A stretch of DNA of 64,000 nucleotides from Minisyncoccota bacterium (GCA_031291955.1 JARLIA010000005.1:141224-205223), one strand, 5' to 3'. Positions 28,330 through 38,530 are shown, counted from the first letter of the stretch. Numbers and translations: made by a program. The notes: generated by a model not told the origin, from the letters alone.

Positions 28330-29088
28330 ATGAAGGTAAAAATACTTTTGATGCCGCTCACGATTGTCATTGCCATCGCACTTCTGATTTGGTATGTCTA
28401 TCCGGCATTTTCCAACGGATCAGACGGCATGCTCGATAAATACGGCCAGCTTAAAAAGGAAAACGCGCAATTGACGGATTTGGAAGGAAAATCTTCCAAT
28501 GTGGACGGCCTGGCGTCTCAATTGGACAGTAACCCCGGCGACAAAACAACTATGATGGAGTTTATTCCTGATCAGATTGAGGAAGAACAGGTTGTGGATA
28601 ACCTGAATTACTTGGCTTCTTCGAATGGATTGGCGGTGTTGAATATTTCTATTTCCCAGCCAACCATCCCGACCGCGACAACTCCGGATTCTTCGGGTGA
28701 TGCCGCTGCGCCGGCAGATTCAAGTGAATCTGCTCCAGTTGCGACCGATTTTAGCGTTAAATATTCAGTTTTTGGAACTTATGACCAAGTGAAAGGTTTG
28801 TTGGGAAAATTAAACAGTTTTGGGCGATATAATGATGTTTCTTCTTTGGACATTGAAAAGCAAACTTCGCAACAAGATTCTTCCGCGGCTACAGACAGCT
28901 TGAAGGCTGATTTGGTTTTGAACTTCAATTATTTTAAACCAGTAGCCCTTTCCAGCGATACTAGTCAGGTGTTTTTGAGCAGTAAATTGGACACCAGTGT
29001 CATAGATCAGATTAAGAGCAGTCAGAATGTTCCGGTGCTGCACTTAAGTGTCGGTCAAATGGGTAAAAGCAATCCGTTTATTCCTTAA
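28330..29088 (+). CDS. PilO-like pilus assembly protein
   Basis: N-terminal TM, a coiled-coil segment, a Ser/Thr/Asp-rich linker. Gene order matches pilM-N-O. Confidence 0.45.
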   Translation: MKVKILLMPLTIVIAIALLIWYVYPAFSNGSDGMLDKYGQLKKENAQLTDLEGKSSNVDGLASQLDSNPGDKTTMMEFIPDQIEEEQVVDNLNYLASSNGLAVLNISISQPTIPTATTPDSSGDAAAPADSSESAPVATDFSVKYSVFGTYDQVKGLLGKLNSFGRYNDVSSLDIEKQTSQQDSSAATDSLKADLVLNFNYFKPVALSSDTSQVFLSSKLDTSVIDQIKSSQNVPVLHLSVGQMGKSNPFIP

Positions 29089-29090
29089 AT

Positions 29091-30812
29091 GTGGAAGTTA
29101 TGAGTTTTCCGTCTAAAAGCGATAAAAATAAATCTGCTAAAAAAATAGATCCGGCGGGGAAAACGTCTTTTTCCGCACCCTTGTCCGCGCCTGGAAAAGA
29201 CGAGAAGGAAAATTCAGTTGCCAGGCTGACGGAAATACCCAAGGACATTTCAACTGGCGTTATCAATCTCATTCCGGAAGAAGTGGCCAAAAAATATAAC
29301 ATTGCCGCTTTTTCCAAAGTCGGGAAGGTGGTCAAGGTGGCCATGCTTGATCCAAGCGACATCAATGCCTTGAATGCCCTCCGATTCGTGGCGGAAAAGG
29401 AGAGGATTGAAATCGAGGTCTATCTGGCGGAGGCGAGAATTCTTGAAGGTATTTTGGGCAAATACAGCGAACCGACAGAAGCGGTCAATCAGGCAGTTAA
29501 GTCTTTCAACAGCAATATTGTTACTGAAAAAGACGAGACGTTGGATTTTGCCAAAAGCAAGTCCCGGGGTGAAATGCTCAAGGAAGCCCCGGTTGCCAAG
29601 CTTGTTGAAGTGATTATAGGTCATGCTATTGACGGGAAAGCCAGCGATATTCATATTGAGCCGATGGACCATGATTACCGGGTGAGATTTCGGGTGGATG
29701 GTATTTTGCATGTCAGCCTTATCATCCCAAAGGAAATCGGGCCAGCGATTATCTCGAGGATAAAAATATTGTCCAACCTGAAAATCGACGAAAAAAGAAA
29801 GCCGCAGGATGGAAGATTCAGAATTACCAATGACGGTCGAGAGGTGGACTTTCGCGTCTCGACGTTGCCGGTGATCACCGGAGAAAAAGTCGTAATGAGA
29901 ATCCTCGACAAGGAGCAAGGGTTGGCCAGCATTGAAGCGCTTGGCCTTTTGGGAACAGCTCTGGAAAACATGGAGAAAGCCATCCAGGAAACTTACGGTA
30001 TGATCCTTTTTACGGGTCCGACTGGCAGCGGAAAATCCACTTCGCTTTACGCTCTCCTTAAAATTTTGAATAATGATGAAAGAAACATTATCACCCTGGA
30101 AGATCCGATCGAGTATGATATCGAAGGTCTGAATCAGAGCCAAATTAAACCTGAGATCGGCTATACTTTTGCGAGCGGTTTACGGACCATCTTGCGTCAG
30201 GACCCGAACGTGATTATGGTCGGAGAAATTCGCGATTCCGAAACGGCCGAGCTGGCCATTCACGCGGCGCTTACCGGGCATTTGATGTTTTCCACTCTTC
30301 ACACTAATACAGCCGTCGGCGCCGTTCCGCGCCTCATGGATATGGGCATTGAACCTTTTTTGCTCTCGTCATCTCTTCGGATAGTAGTGGCGCAGCGGTT
30401 GGTTAGGCGTGTTTGTGATGCGTGCAGGGTTGAAAAGCCCGTACCGGAATCTATCGCAGTCCTTGTTAAGAAAGAATTGGAAAAAGTTTCTCCCAAGGAG
30501 CTGGAAAGGTATAAAGTGGACATTTCCGGCGGCTTGAAATTCTATCATGGCAAGGGTTGCGATGTTTGCAACGGAACCGGACTTAAAGGGCGGGTGGCTA
30601 TTTATGAAGCTGTGCCGGCGAATGAAAACGTAAGAAATATAATTACGGAAAAAAGAGGAAATGAGGATCTCCTGAACAAAGAGAGAGAAGCAATGGGAGC
30701 GCTTACTATTCGACAGGACGGAATCCTGAAAGCTCTCTTGGGTCTCACTACCATTGAAGAGATCGAACGGGTAACAGAGGGGGACATTACATTATTGGAA
30801 GAGAATGACTAA
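29091..30812 (+). CDS. pilB: Type IV pilus assembly ATPase PilB (GspE family)
   Basis: GSPII_E N-terminal domain, Walker A LFTGPTGSGKST, and the tetracysteine motif CDAC...CDVCNGTG. Confidence 0.9.
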   Translation: MEVMSFPSKSDKNKSAKKIDPAGKTSFSAPLSAPGKDEKENSVARLTEIPKDISTGVINLIPEEVAKKYNIAAFSKVGKVVKVAMLDPSDINALNALRFVAEKERIEIEVYLAEARILEGILGKYSEPTEAVNQAVKSFNSNIVTEKDETLDFAKSKSRGEMLKEAPVAKLVEVIIGHAIDGKASDIHIEPMDHDYRVRFRVDGILHVSLIIPKEIGPAIISRIKILSNLKIDEKRKPQDGRFRITNDGREVDFRVSTLPVITGEKVVMRILDKEQGLASIEALGLLGTALENMEKAIQETYGMILFTGPTGSGKSTSLYALLKILNNDERNIITLEDPIEYDIEGLNQSQIKPEIGYTFASGLRTILRQDPNVIMVGEIRDSETAELAIHAALTGHLMFSTLHTNTAVGAVPRLMDMGIEPFLLSSSLRIVVAQRLVRRVCDACRVEKPVPESIAVLVKKELEKVSPKELERYKVDISGGLKFYHGKGCDVCNGTGLKGRVAIYEAVPANENVRNIITEKRGNEDLLNKEREAMGALTIRQDGILKALLGLTTIEEIERVTEGDITLLEEND

Positions 30813-30921
30813 TGATTTACGAACTACGAAAAGAATACGAAATACGAAAATACGAATAGAAATTCAGAAACTGAGAAATTGGAAATTAAGAAAGTTATAA
30901 TTTATAGACTGTGATAAAATT

Positions 30922-31302
30922 ATGCCTGAACGAAATAAAAAGACTATAATGATAGTTGAGGATGATATTTTTGTGATGGATATTTATCAAACGAAAGTGA
31001 CCCAAGAGGGCTTTGACGTGGTGACGGCTGAAAACGGACTGGAAGCGATTAAGAAGTTGGAAGGCGGGGCGAAGCCCGATTTGATGCTTTTGGATATTTT
31101 GATGCCGTATATGGATGGGTTGACATTTCTAAAAAAGAAGAATCAGAACGACGCCTGGAAGGATATCCCGACTATTCTTCTGACCAATTTGAGCCAGAGG
31201 GAAGAGATTGAAGAAGGCTTCGAATTGGGAGCGAAGGACTATATCATCAAATCGCATTTTACGCCGTCGGAGGTGATGGAAAAGATTAATAAATATTTAT
31301 AG
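30922..31302 (+). CDS. Stand-alone response regulator receiver domain (CheY-like)
   Basis: Acidic pocket IVEDD, phospho-acceptor LLDILMPYMDG, conserved T (LLTN) and K (YIIKSHF). 126 aa with no output domain. Confidence 0.8.
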   Translation: MPERNKKTIMIVEDDIFVMDIYQTKVTQEGFDVVTAENGLEAIKKLEGGAKPDLMLLDILMPYMDGLTFLKKKNQNDAWKDIPTILLTNLSQREEIEEGFELGAKDYIIKSHFTPSEVMEKINKYL

Positions 31303-31310
31303 CGACATTT

Positions 31311-32402
31311 ATGGCACACGAAGAACAAAGGATAAAAAACCTTCTCCGGTTAGCGGCCCAACAAGGGGCGTCCGATTTGCACTTGGGAGTCGGGCGGCAT
31401 CCGATTTTCCGGGTGGACGGGAAGCTTTATCCGCTGACCGAAGAGGAGGTGTTGACGCCGGCCGTCACAGCTGCCATGTGTGATGCTGTTATCGCAGAGG
31501 AAAAGAAAAAGATATTCGAGGATGAGGGACAGGTGGACTTTTCTTATAACTTCGAAGACAAGGTTCGTTTCCGGGTGAACGCTTTTTTCCAGCAAGGTTA
31601 TGTCAGTCTGGCTTTTCGGTTGGTTTCCAGCGAAATCAGGACACTTGAGGAGCTTGGCATGCCCGAAATTCTCTATGATTTTACCCGAGTGACCCAAGGT
31701 TTATTTCTGATAGTCGGCCCGGTCGGCCATGGAAAATCAACTACTCTTGCCGCCCTCATCAATGAAATCAACCACAACCAGGAGAAGAATATTATTACCA
31801 TCGAAGATCCGATTGAATATGTTTATGAGCAGGATCGCTCAATCGTCAGTCAGCGGGAAGTGTACCAGGACTCAAAATCGTTTCAATTGGCGCTTCGCGG
31901 GGTTTTTCGAGAAGATGCCAATGTGGTTTTGATCGGCGAGCTGCGAGATTTGGACACCATTTCCACAGCACTCACCGCGGCCGAAACAGGACACCTCATC
32001 TTTGCCACTCTTCACACCAATGATTCGCCGCAAACAATCGATCGTATTATTGATGTTTTCCCAGCTCATCAGCAAAACCAAGTGCGGTCTCAGTTGGCCA
32101 ATGTGCTTCTGGCGGTTGTGTCCCAAAGGCTTATTCCGAAGATTGACGGCGGTCGGATTCCAGCTGTGGAAATAATGATAAAAAACCACGCCGTAGAGAA
32201 TCTGATTCGGGAAAATAAGTCATATCAATTGGACAATGTCATTGAAACCGGATCGGAATTGGGAATGATTTCCTTGGACAAATCCATGGCAGGTCTCGTG
32301 AAAAGCGGTGTAGTTTCCATGGAAGCGGCGTCCCCTTATGCCAAAGATCTCAAAAATTTCCAGGCCCTTGTCAAAGATGACGTGTGGCGGCAGTCGCATT
32401 GA
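31311..32402 (+). CDS. pilT: Twitching motility ATPase PilT
   Basis: Walker A GPVGHGKSTT, and REDANVVLIGELRDLDTISTALTAAETGHLIFATLHTN. Confidence 0.9.
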   Translation: MAHEEQRIKNLLRLAAQQGASDLHLGVGRHPIFRVDGKLYPLTEEEVLTPAVTAAMCDAVIAEEKKKIFEDEGQVDFSYNFEDKVRFRVNAFFQQGYVSLAFRLVSSEIRTLEELGMPEILYDFTRVTQGLFLIVGPVGHGKSTTLAALINEINHNQEKNIITIEDPIEYVYEQDRSIVSQREVYQDSKSFQLALRGVFREDANVVLIGELRDLDTISTALTAAETGHLIFATLHTNDSPQTIDRIIDVFPAHQQNQVRSQLANVLLAVVSQRLIPKIDGGRIPAVEIMIKNHAVENLIRENKSYQLDNVIETGSELGMISLDKSMAGLVKSGVVSMEAASPYAKDLKNFQALVKDDVWRQSH

Positions 32403-32466
32403 TTAGACAGACCAAACAGATGTGGTATAATAAATCTGACGATTAAAACAAAATTTAAAAAAAAGC

Positions 32467-33675
32467 ATGAAGTATAATTTCAAAGCAAAAAATCAAGCTG
32501 GAGAAGAAAGGGAAGGAGTGATTGAGGCCAGCTCGAAAGAGGCCGCCTTGGGCGTTCTCCAAAAAAACAATCTTTTCCCGTTGAGCATCGAGGGTGAGGA
32601 TTCGAACGATCTTACCAGAACCATTTTGAAATATTACGACCGGGTGACGGACAAAGAATTGGTGGTTTTTTTCCGCCAGCTTTCCATCCTGATTGAAGCC
32701 CGGGTGCCGATCGTTTCGTCACTCAACGCCATCAAGGACCAGACCACCAGTAACTATATGGTCAAGGTCGTTTCCCAGATGGTGAACGACATCGAGGATG
32801 GTATGTCTTTTTCGGCTTCCATGGAAAAACACTCGGATGTGTTTTCCGCTCTCACGGTCAATATCATGAAGGCAGGTGAAGCTTCGGGCAGTCTCAAAAA
32901 ATCCATCGACTATGTGGCCGCCAATATCGAGAAGAACTACACCTTATCCCAACGCGTGATATCAGCCTTGATGTATCCGATGATCGTGATGATTGTTTTT
33001 TTCATAATCGGTTTTTTGGTGATTTCTTTCATTCTGCCCAAACTCACTCAAGTCATCAAAGATCTCAACGCCGATGTTCCCTGGTATACTCAATTGATGA
33101 TGAGTCTCGGCGACTTCATGTCCAAATATTGGTGGGCGGCAGCCATCATCATTCTTGGTTTTGCCGGCGCGGTGGTCTATTATCTCAAAACCGAAGACGG
33201 CAAAAAAGAGTGGGACCAGGTCAAGATCAATCTGCCGATTGTCGGTCCGATTTTTCGCTATGTCTACATCACGCGCTTCTCGGAAAATCTTGAGGTTCTT
33301 CTGGCCGGCGGCATTCCGATCATTCGGGCGCTCACTATTGTCAGTGCGGTGGTCAATAATGTGGTTTATGAAGATATATTTTTGAAAGCGGCCGAGGAAA
33401 TCAAGCGGGGAGGAAACATGAGCACTGTTTTTCAGCGGAATCCGCTCATTCCGCCGATGGTGTCGCACATGATAAAAATCGGGGAAGATTCGGGGCAGAT
33501 TGATTCTGTTTTGGGACACATTTCCAAATTCTACGACCAGGAAACGGAAATTATGACCAAAAATCTCTCGACACTGCTTGAGCCGATCCTGATGGTCATC
33601 ATTGGTATCGCAGTCGGGTTTATGGCGGTTTCCATTCTCTTGCCGATCTATAACATTGCGGGGCAGATCCGATAG
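32467..33675 (+). CDS. pilC: Type IV pilus platform protein PilC (GspF family)
   Basis: Two GspF repeats, three TM segments. 402 aa. Confidence 0.85.
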   Translation: MKYNFKAKNQAGEEREGVIEASSKEAALGVLQKNNLFPLSIEGEDSNDLTRTILKYYDRVTDKELVVFFRQLSILIEARVPIVSSLNAIKDQTTSNYMVKVVSQMVNDIEDGMSFSASMEKHSDVFSALTVNIMKAGEASGSLKKSIDYVAANIEKNYTLSQRVISALMYPMIVMIVFFIIGFLVISFILPKLTQVIKDLNADVPWYTQLMMSLGDFMSKYWWAAAIIILGFAGAVVYYLKTEDGKKEWDQVKINLPIVGPIFRYVYITRFSENLEVLLAGGIPIIRALTIVSAVVNNVVYEDIFLKAAEEIKRGGNMSTVFQRNPLIPPMVSHMIKIGEDSGQIDSVLGHISKFYDQETEIMTKNLSTLLEPILMVIIGIAVGFMAVSILLPIYNIAGQIR

Positions 33676-33772
33676 GCGGGGAGCGTGAAACAAAATAAGG
33701 CAATCAAAACGCCAGAGGACGGTTTTAGTATAATATAAAAAATAAACATAAAAATAGAAAGGACGGTGAAAT

Positions 33773-34195
33773 ATGAAAAAGAAAAAAACAACCAAAAGGG
33801 TGACCAAAAATAAATCGGTAAAGAAAAATAAAAAGGGTTTCACCTTGATCGAACTTTTGATTGTTATTGCCATTATTGGTATTTTGGCATCGATCGTTTT
33901 GGTCAGTTTAAGTAGTGCCCGGAAAAGAGCTAAGATGGCAGAGTTTAAGTCTACGGCTTCCAGTTATAACGCGGCATTAGTAAATGATTGCGACACGGTT
34001 CAGGACGGAGACACTACTATTTCATGGACATCTACTGATTCTGGTAGTCTTACCGCCATAGGAACATGCACAAGTGGAGAGATATCAGGCGGCAGCGCCG
34101 ATTCTAATGATGTGGTTGCTGGAACAGATTGCACGGCAACCTTTGGTCAAACGGGGGTGACGTTTACTCCCGGAGCTACTAATGGAGGATGCTAA
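33773..34195 (+). CDS. Type IV pilin (major pilin candidate) with long Lys-rich leader
   Basis: Class III signal: 22-aa leader [22 protein letters not shown], then cleavage before [20 protein letters not shown] (F+1, E+5). A TATAAT-like box lies upstream at about 33733. Confidence 0.85.
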   Translation: MKKKKTTKRVTKNKSVKKNKKGFTLIELLIVIAIIGILASIVLVSLSSARKRAKMAEFKSTASSYNAALVNDCDTVQDGDTTISWTSTDSGSLTAIGTCTSGEISGGSADSNDVVAGTDCTATFGQTGVTFTPGATNGGC

Positions 34196-34259
34196 TACAG
34201 AATTTCAAAAAAAGATTAATTGAGGATAAATAAATAAAAATAGAAAGGAAGGTGATAAA

Positions 34260-34706
34260 ATGAAAAAGAAAAAAACAACTAAAAAGGTGACCAAAAAGAA
34301 AGTGGTAAAGAAAAATAAAAAAGGTTTCACCTTGATCGAACTTTTGATTGTTATCGCCATCATTGGCATCTTGGCGTCGATTGTTTTGGTCAGTTTAAGT
34401 TCAGCTAGAGATAGGGCAAAAATGGCCGAATTTAAATCCGTAGCTGCTAGCATACAGCCGGCATTGATAACTGCCTGTGATTCTGGTGTGGCCTCTGATT
34501 TGCCAACCTGGCCAGCCAACGAAACCGATGTAGGCGGCCTCAGTGCGGCGTTTACATTGGCCAATGCCTGTACTAGTGCCTCTGGAGGAGCCGATGTAAG
34601 TACGGCAATTACAGCCACATCATTAGCTCCAACGGGATCAACGACATGTAAAGCTAGTTTCACTCAAACAGGAGTAAATTTCACTCCTGGAGCGGGCGGT
34701 TGCTAG
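34260..34706 (+). CDS. Type IV pilin paralog (tandem duplicate, divergent C-terminus)
   Basis: Leader, N-terminal helix and the 5' UTR are about 90% identical at the nucleotide level to the upstream pilin. The C-terminal half is divergent. Confidence 0.85.
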   Translation: MKKKKTTKKVTKKKVVKKNKKGFTLIELLIVIAIIGILASIVLVSLSSARDRAKMAEFKSVAASIQPALITACDSGVASDLPTWPANETDVGGLSAAFTLANACTSASGGADVSTAITATSLAPTGSTTCKASFTQTGVNFTPGAGGC

Positions 34707-34718
34707 TTGAATTTTTTT

Positions 34719-34748
34719 ATGCTTGCCAATCTGCATATGCATTGGCAA
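34719..34748 (+). terminator. Strong hairpin after the pilin genes
   Basis: GCTTGCCAAT-CTGCATATGC-ATTGGCAAGC 10 bp stem, followed by a second imperfect 16 bp inverted repeat CCCCCGGACCAACTTT/AAGGTTGGTGCGGGGG. Confidence 0.5.
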
Positions 34749-34833
34749 GCCCCCGGACCAACTTTGATAAAATAGAAAATATTTTATTTAAAATCAAAAA
34801 GGTTGGTGCGGGGGTGAATAAAATTTTTTAAAT

Positions 34834-35205
34834 ATGGGTTGGAAAACGAAAAATCTGGTTTTATTTGTATTTAGTTTGGCGTTGCTGGGAGCAACGCTTT
34901 TTGTTCAGGTGCCATCGCATAATGCCGAAGAACTGAAAAAAATAAACTTTGGCTATCCTTTGGCGTTCATTTCCCAAAATCATTCTTCCTATTATTCTTT
35001 TTTATATTTTCCCACTTGGGACAAATTCAATTTCCGGGACGTGAAAAACATAAACGGTTTTTCTCCGCTGAATCTGGCGGCTTCTTTAGTTTTGATTTTC
35101 ATCGCTCTGGAAATCGCCATCTGGTTTTTGGAAACGCTGGATTTTTGGGTTCGGCGGAAAATTTTCGGCGGGGAAGACAAGACGGGGGATAATATTTTAG
35201 AATAA
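34834..35205 (+). CDS. Hypothetical membrane protein
   Basis: Two to three TM helices. No recognisable domain. Confidence 0.3.
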   Translation: MGWKTKNLVLFVFSLALLGATLFVQVPSHNAEELKKINFGYPLAFISQNHSSYYSFLYFPTWDKFNFRDVKNINGFSPLNLAASLVLIFIALEIAIWFLETLDFWVRRKIFGGEDKTGDNILE

Positions 35206-35295
35206 AAGTTAATTATAAACGGAAATATATATGTTTCCAAAAGCGGGCGCGGTGACGCGCTTTTGTTTTTTTGGAAATTGTAGTAATATAAAAGC

Positions 35296-35589
35296 ATGGA
35301 AAACCAGGCAATCAAAAACAAGATAATTCCCATTCTGAAACGCCAGGGCGCGACCAAGGCGGCGATTTTTGGTTCGTTCGCGCGAGGTGAAGAGAATAAA
35401 AATAGCGATCTGGATTTACTGGTAGAGTTCAAAAAAAGTAAGAGCCTTTTGGAAATGATAAGAATTCAGTTTGAAATCGAAAAAAAAATAGGCCGGAAAG
35501 TCGATCTTCTTACGTATAATGGTATCAATCATCGTTTGAAAGACATTATCCTAAAAGAGCAAAAAGTTATTTATGAAAAAAGAAACTGA
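35296..35589 (+). CDS. Nucleotidyltransferase-domain antitoxin (MntA-like)
   Basis: GSFARGEENKNSDLDLLVEF is the Pol-beta superfamily GS-x9-DxD motif. Overlaps the next gene by 17 nt. Confidence 0.7.
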   Translation: MENQAIKNKIIPILKRQGATKAAIFGSFARGEENKNSDLDLLVEFKKSKSLLEMIRIQFEIEKKIGRKVDLLTYNGINHRLKDIILKEQKVIYEKRN

Positions 35590-35902
35590 AATTTTTCTTG
35601 GACATATCCTTGACAGCATTGAAATTATCGAAAAACATTCGAAAAAGATGACCAAGGAAAAATTTTCAAAGGATCTGAAAACCCAAGATGCGGTTATTCG
35701 TCGAATTGAAATCATCGGAGAAGCGGCCAGAAGTATTTCAGCAGATTTCAGAAAAAGCCACCGGGAAACAGAGTGGAAAGAAATAGCCGGAATGCGAGAC
35801 AAATTGATTCATGAATATTTCGGAGTGGATATAGATGTTGTCTGGAAAACCTTGAAAAAAGACATTCCGAAACTGAAAAAACAAATTTTAAAATTATTAT
35901 AA
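35573..35902 (+). CDS. HEPN-domain toxin (HepT/DUF86-like)
   Basis: Rx4H HEPN motif (RDKLIHEY). Its partner is the upstream MNT gene. Confidence 0.65.
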   Translation: MKKETEIFLGHILDSIEIIEKHSKKMTKEKFSKDLKTQDAVIRRIEIIGEAARSISADFRKSHRETEWKEIAGMRDKLIHEYFGVDIDVVWKTLKKDIPKLKKQILKLL

Positions 35903-35912
35903 AAAAACAAAA

Positions 35913-36710
35913 ATGATCATCCTCATCTTTCTCGTCCTCGGTCTCATTGTCGGAAGTTTTCTGAATGTTTTGGTCTATCGCTTGCACACGGCCGAAGACA
36001 TTGTCTGGGATCGCTCGCGCTGTCCGCGCTGCCACCATGTTATCGGCTGGTATGATAATGTTCCGGTTGTCAGTTTCGTCCTTCTGAAGGCCCGTTGCCG
36101 GAATTGCAAGAAAAAAATTTCCTGGCAATATCCGCTGGTGGAAATCGGCACCGGAGTCATGTTCGCTTTGGCTGGGGCGTATTTTTTCAATGTTGGAGAT
36201 CCCGCCAGTTGGGGGCCGGTCATTTATCTTCTAGGCGTTCTTTTCGCGCTCGTCGCCATTTTTGTTTATGACGCTCTCTACCTTGAAATTCCAGACATTG
36301 TTCTTTGGCCGGCCGTGGTTTGGGTTCTGGCTTTTGGTTTCTTTTTCAGCTGGAACATGGTCAGCCTCAAAGAAAATATTTTCGACATTGCGATGCTCTC
36401 GCGCTTTTTGGGCGCGGCGGCGGCTTTCGCTTTTTTCTGGCTGATGGCCAGAGTGTCGCGCGAGAAATGGATGGGGATGGGCGACGCCTGGTTGGTGCTT
36501 CTTCTCGGGCTCATTCTGGGTTGGCCGCGGATTCTCTTGGCGCTTTTCTTGGCATTTCTCATCGGCTCAATTTATGGTATAATGCTTATAGCGGTTGGCA
36601 AGTATACTTTGAAAAGCCGGGTGCCGTTCGCGCCGTTTCTCGTTCTCGGCACGCTGATTGCTCTTTTCTTCTACGCGCCGATCGTTGGTTGGTACTTGGG
36701 GCTGTTCTAG
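35913..36710 (+). CDS. pilD: Prepilin peptidase PilD (A24 family)
   Basis: N-terminal zinc-binding CPRCHHV...CRNCKKK, catalytic Asp motifs, and GMGDAWLV. Confidence 0.9.
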   Translation: MIILIFLVLGLIVGSFLNVLVYRLHTAEDIVWDRSRCPRCHHVIGWYDNVPVVSFVLLKARCRNCKKKISWQYPLVEIGTGVMFALAGAYFFNVGDPASWGPVIYLLGVLFALVAIFVYDALYLEIPDIVLWPAVVWVLAFGFFFSWNMVSLKENIFDIAMLSRFLGAAAAFAFFWLMARVSREKWMGMGDAWLVLLLGLILGWPRILLALFLAFLIGSIYGIMLIAVGKYTLKSRVPFAPFLVLGTLIALFFYAPIVGWYLGLF

Positions 36711-36731
36711 CCACGAAACGCGAAACAAGAT

Positions 36732-37280
36732 ATGTTTTATAAAGATAAAAAAATGGAAAATAAGAAAGCCGATGCTTCGTGCCGCGGTTTCACTTTCATT
36801 GAAGTGATGATGGTGATCACCATCATGAGCATCATGGCGGTCGTGGCTGTGGTCTCTTTAAATTCGGCTCGTTCCAATGCCGCTTTGGAATCTTCCACGC
36901 GACAAATCGCTTCTGCCATCCAGTTGGCCCGCAGTTATGCCCTTCAGGGTAAAATGGAAAATGGATCCGCAGTTTGCGGTTTTGGAGTTAGAATTACGAA
37001 CGCTAACCCACCACAATACAAGATTTATTACAATGCTCTAAGCGGTTATAATGATTGTTCGACTGAGAATGGAAAGATATCAGATTCGGATGGAACTAAA
37101 GATTCTGATTATGTTTTGCCAAACGGGGTTACTTTCAGTGATACTTCGGTGGATAAACATTTTTATTTCACCGTTCCTTCCGCAGACTTTTTGGGTTCTT
37201 CGAGTATGGAGTTGGACTACGCGGGAAGTTCTAAGATCATAAACGTAAGCAGCAATGGCGTGGTCACTGTAGTAAACTAA
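36732..37280 (+). CDS. Minor pilin / pseudopilin
   Basis: Prepilin N-terminus ASCRGFTFIEVMMVITIMSIMAVVAVV (G-F cleavage, E+5). Confidence 0.7.
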   Translation: MFYKDKKMENKKADASCRGFTFIEVMMVITIMSIMAVVAVVSLNSARSNAALESSTRQIASAIQLARSYALQGKMENGSAVCGFGVRITNANPPQYKIYYNALSGYNDCSTENGKISDSDGTKDSDYVLPNGVTFSDTSVDKHFYFTVPSADFLGSSSMELDYAGSSKIINVSSNGVVTVVN

Positions 37281-37287
37281 AACTAAA

Positions 37288-37866
37288 ATGAAAAATTTTT
37301 TTCAAAAAACAAAAAGGAAATTTTTTCAGCGATCAGCCAAGGCGGGTTTTTCTTTCATTGAGGTGATAGTGTCGGTTTTTTTGCTGTCGTTCGGCCTGAT
37401 TGTTGTCATTCAGCTGATGTCTGGCAACCTCGAGCAGACGCTCGACAGCCGAAACCAGGTCATTGCCGTCGAACTGGCCCAGGAAGGAATCGAGCTGGTG
37501 CGGAATGTCCGGGACAGCAATTGGATGTCCGGGGCGGCGGATAGTTTTGCTAATTTTCCAAGTGGCAGTGAGAGTGATTGCCGGATTGATTATAAATATA
37601 CATCCGGTAGCAGCTTGCCATGCGACGGAGACTTTAACTTGACGAAATCAAATGGGTTTTATATTTCTACTGTGTCCAGCTCCGCCGTTTTTAAACGGAA
37701 AATAACCATTTCTTACGATACTGGCTCAAGTTCAACAGCGAACAGTATGACTGTAACTAGTATTGTCACTTGGGGAGGATTGAATTTTCCGTCAACTACG
37801 AATTGCACCACTGCTACCAAATGCGCCTACGCGCAAACGACTTTGACCAGATGGGGAGGGAAATAG
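37288..37866 (+). CDS. Minor pilin / pseudopilin (PilV-like)
   Basis: KAGFSFIEVIVSVFLLSFGLIVVIQL prepilin signal. Confidence 0.7.
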   Translation: MKNFFQKTKRKFFQRSAKAGFSFIEVIVSVFLLSFGLIVVIQLMSGNLEQTLDSRNQVIAVELAQEGIELVRNVRDSNWMSGAADSFANFPSGSESDCRIDYKYTSGSSLPCDGDFNLTKSNGFYISTVSSSAVFKRKITISYDTGSSSTANSMTVTSIVTWGGLNFPSTTNCTTATKCAYAQTTLTRWGGK

Positions 37867-37930
37867 TTTCCGCCAGAGGCGGATCAGCCTTTGGCTGAAA
37901 AAGTTAAAAATGAAAAGTTAAAAGTAAAAA

Positions 37931-38530
37931 ATGAAGAATAAAAAGAAAAAAAATAAATTGGCAGGTTTTTCGCTCATTGAGATGATTGTGGCGATGGCGA
38001 TCGCCGTTATTATCATGCTGGCGGTCGTAGCGGCCTTTGCCGGCATGGTAAAAACCAGAAACACCGTCCGGGACGAACAGCAGGATCTGGAAAACGCGCG
38101 GAACGCCATGGACACAATGGCCAAGGAATTGAGGTTCAGTTCCGATGTCTCGATAAATGGAAGTGGCGGATCTGGTAAGGAAATTGCTTTTTATGACAAC
38201 TCTTCTCTTAAGTGCACAATTTATAGACTTGCTAGCGGAAAAATTCAAATGGCCGAAGCGGATCCCGTTTCGACAGCTACCGATCCTAATCAATTCTGCC
38301 ACAATGGTGGCTCGAACTCTATTGCATATTTCAATGCTAGTGGTACATATAGAGACCTCACTTCCGTTAATTCCGGCGGCATGACTATTAGCAATCTTCC
38401 CGGCTTAGGCAGCCTTGAGTTCAATCTCGATCCGCAAGCGTCGACTCATGTCGGCAAGGCTACCATACTAATGACTGTGGATGGATACAGTCTTCAAACA
38501 ACAGTCTCATTCCGCAACTATTCCGATTAA
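37931..38530 (+). CDS. Minor pilin / pseudopilin (PilW-like)
   Basis: LAGFSLIEMIVAMAIAVIIMLAVV prepilin signal. Confidence 0.7.
   Translation: MKNKKKKNKLAGFSLIEMIVAMAIAVIIMLAVVAAFAGMVKTRNTVRDEQQDLENARNAMDTMAKELRFSSDVSINGSGGSGKEIAFYDNSSLKCTIYRLASGKIQMAEADPVSTATDPNQFCHNGGSNSIAYFNASGTYRDLTSVNSGGMTISNLPGLGSLEFNLDPQASTHVGKATILMTVDGYSLQTTVSFRNYSD

Noticed and set aside
29250-30143. 297-aa minus-strand ORF
   Set aside because: Antisense to pilB, whose + strand reading has unambiguous GspE motifs. Shadow ORF.
32962-33873. 303-aa minus-strand ORF, and 34205..34663 minus ORF
   Set aside because: Antisense to pilC and the pilin genes respectively. The latter's [18 protein letters not shown] is just the complement of the Lys-rich pilin leader. 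Shadow ORFs.
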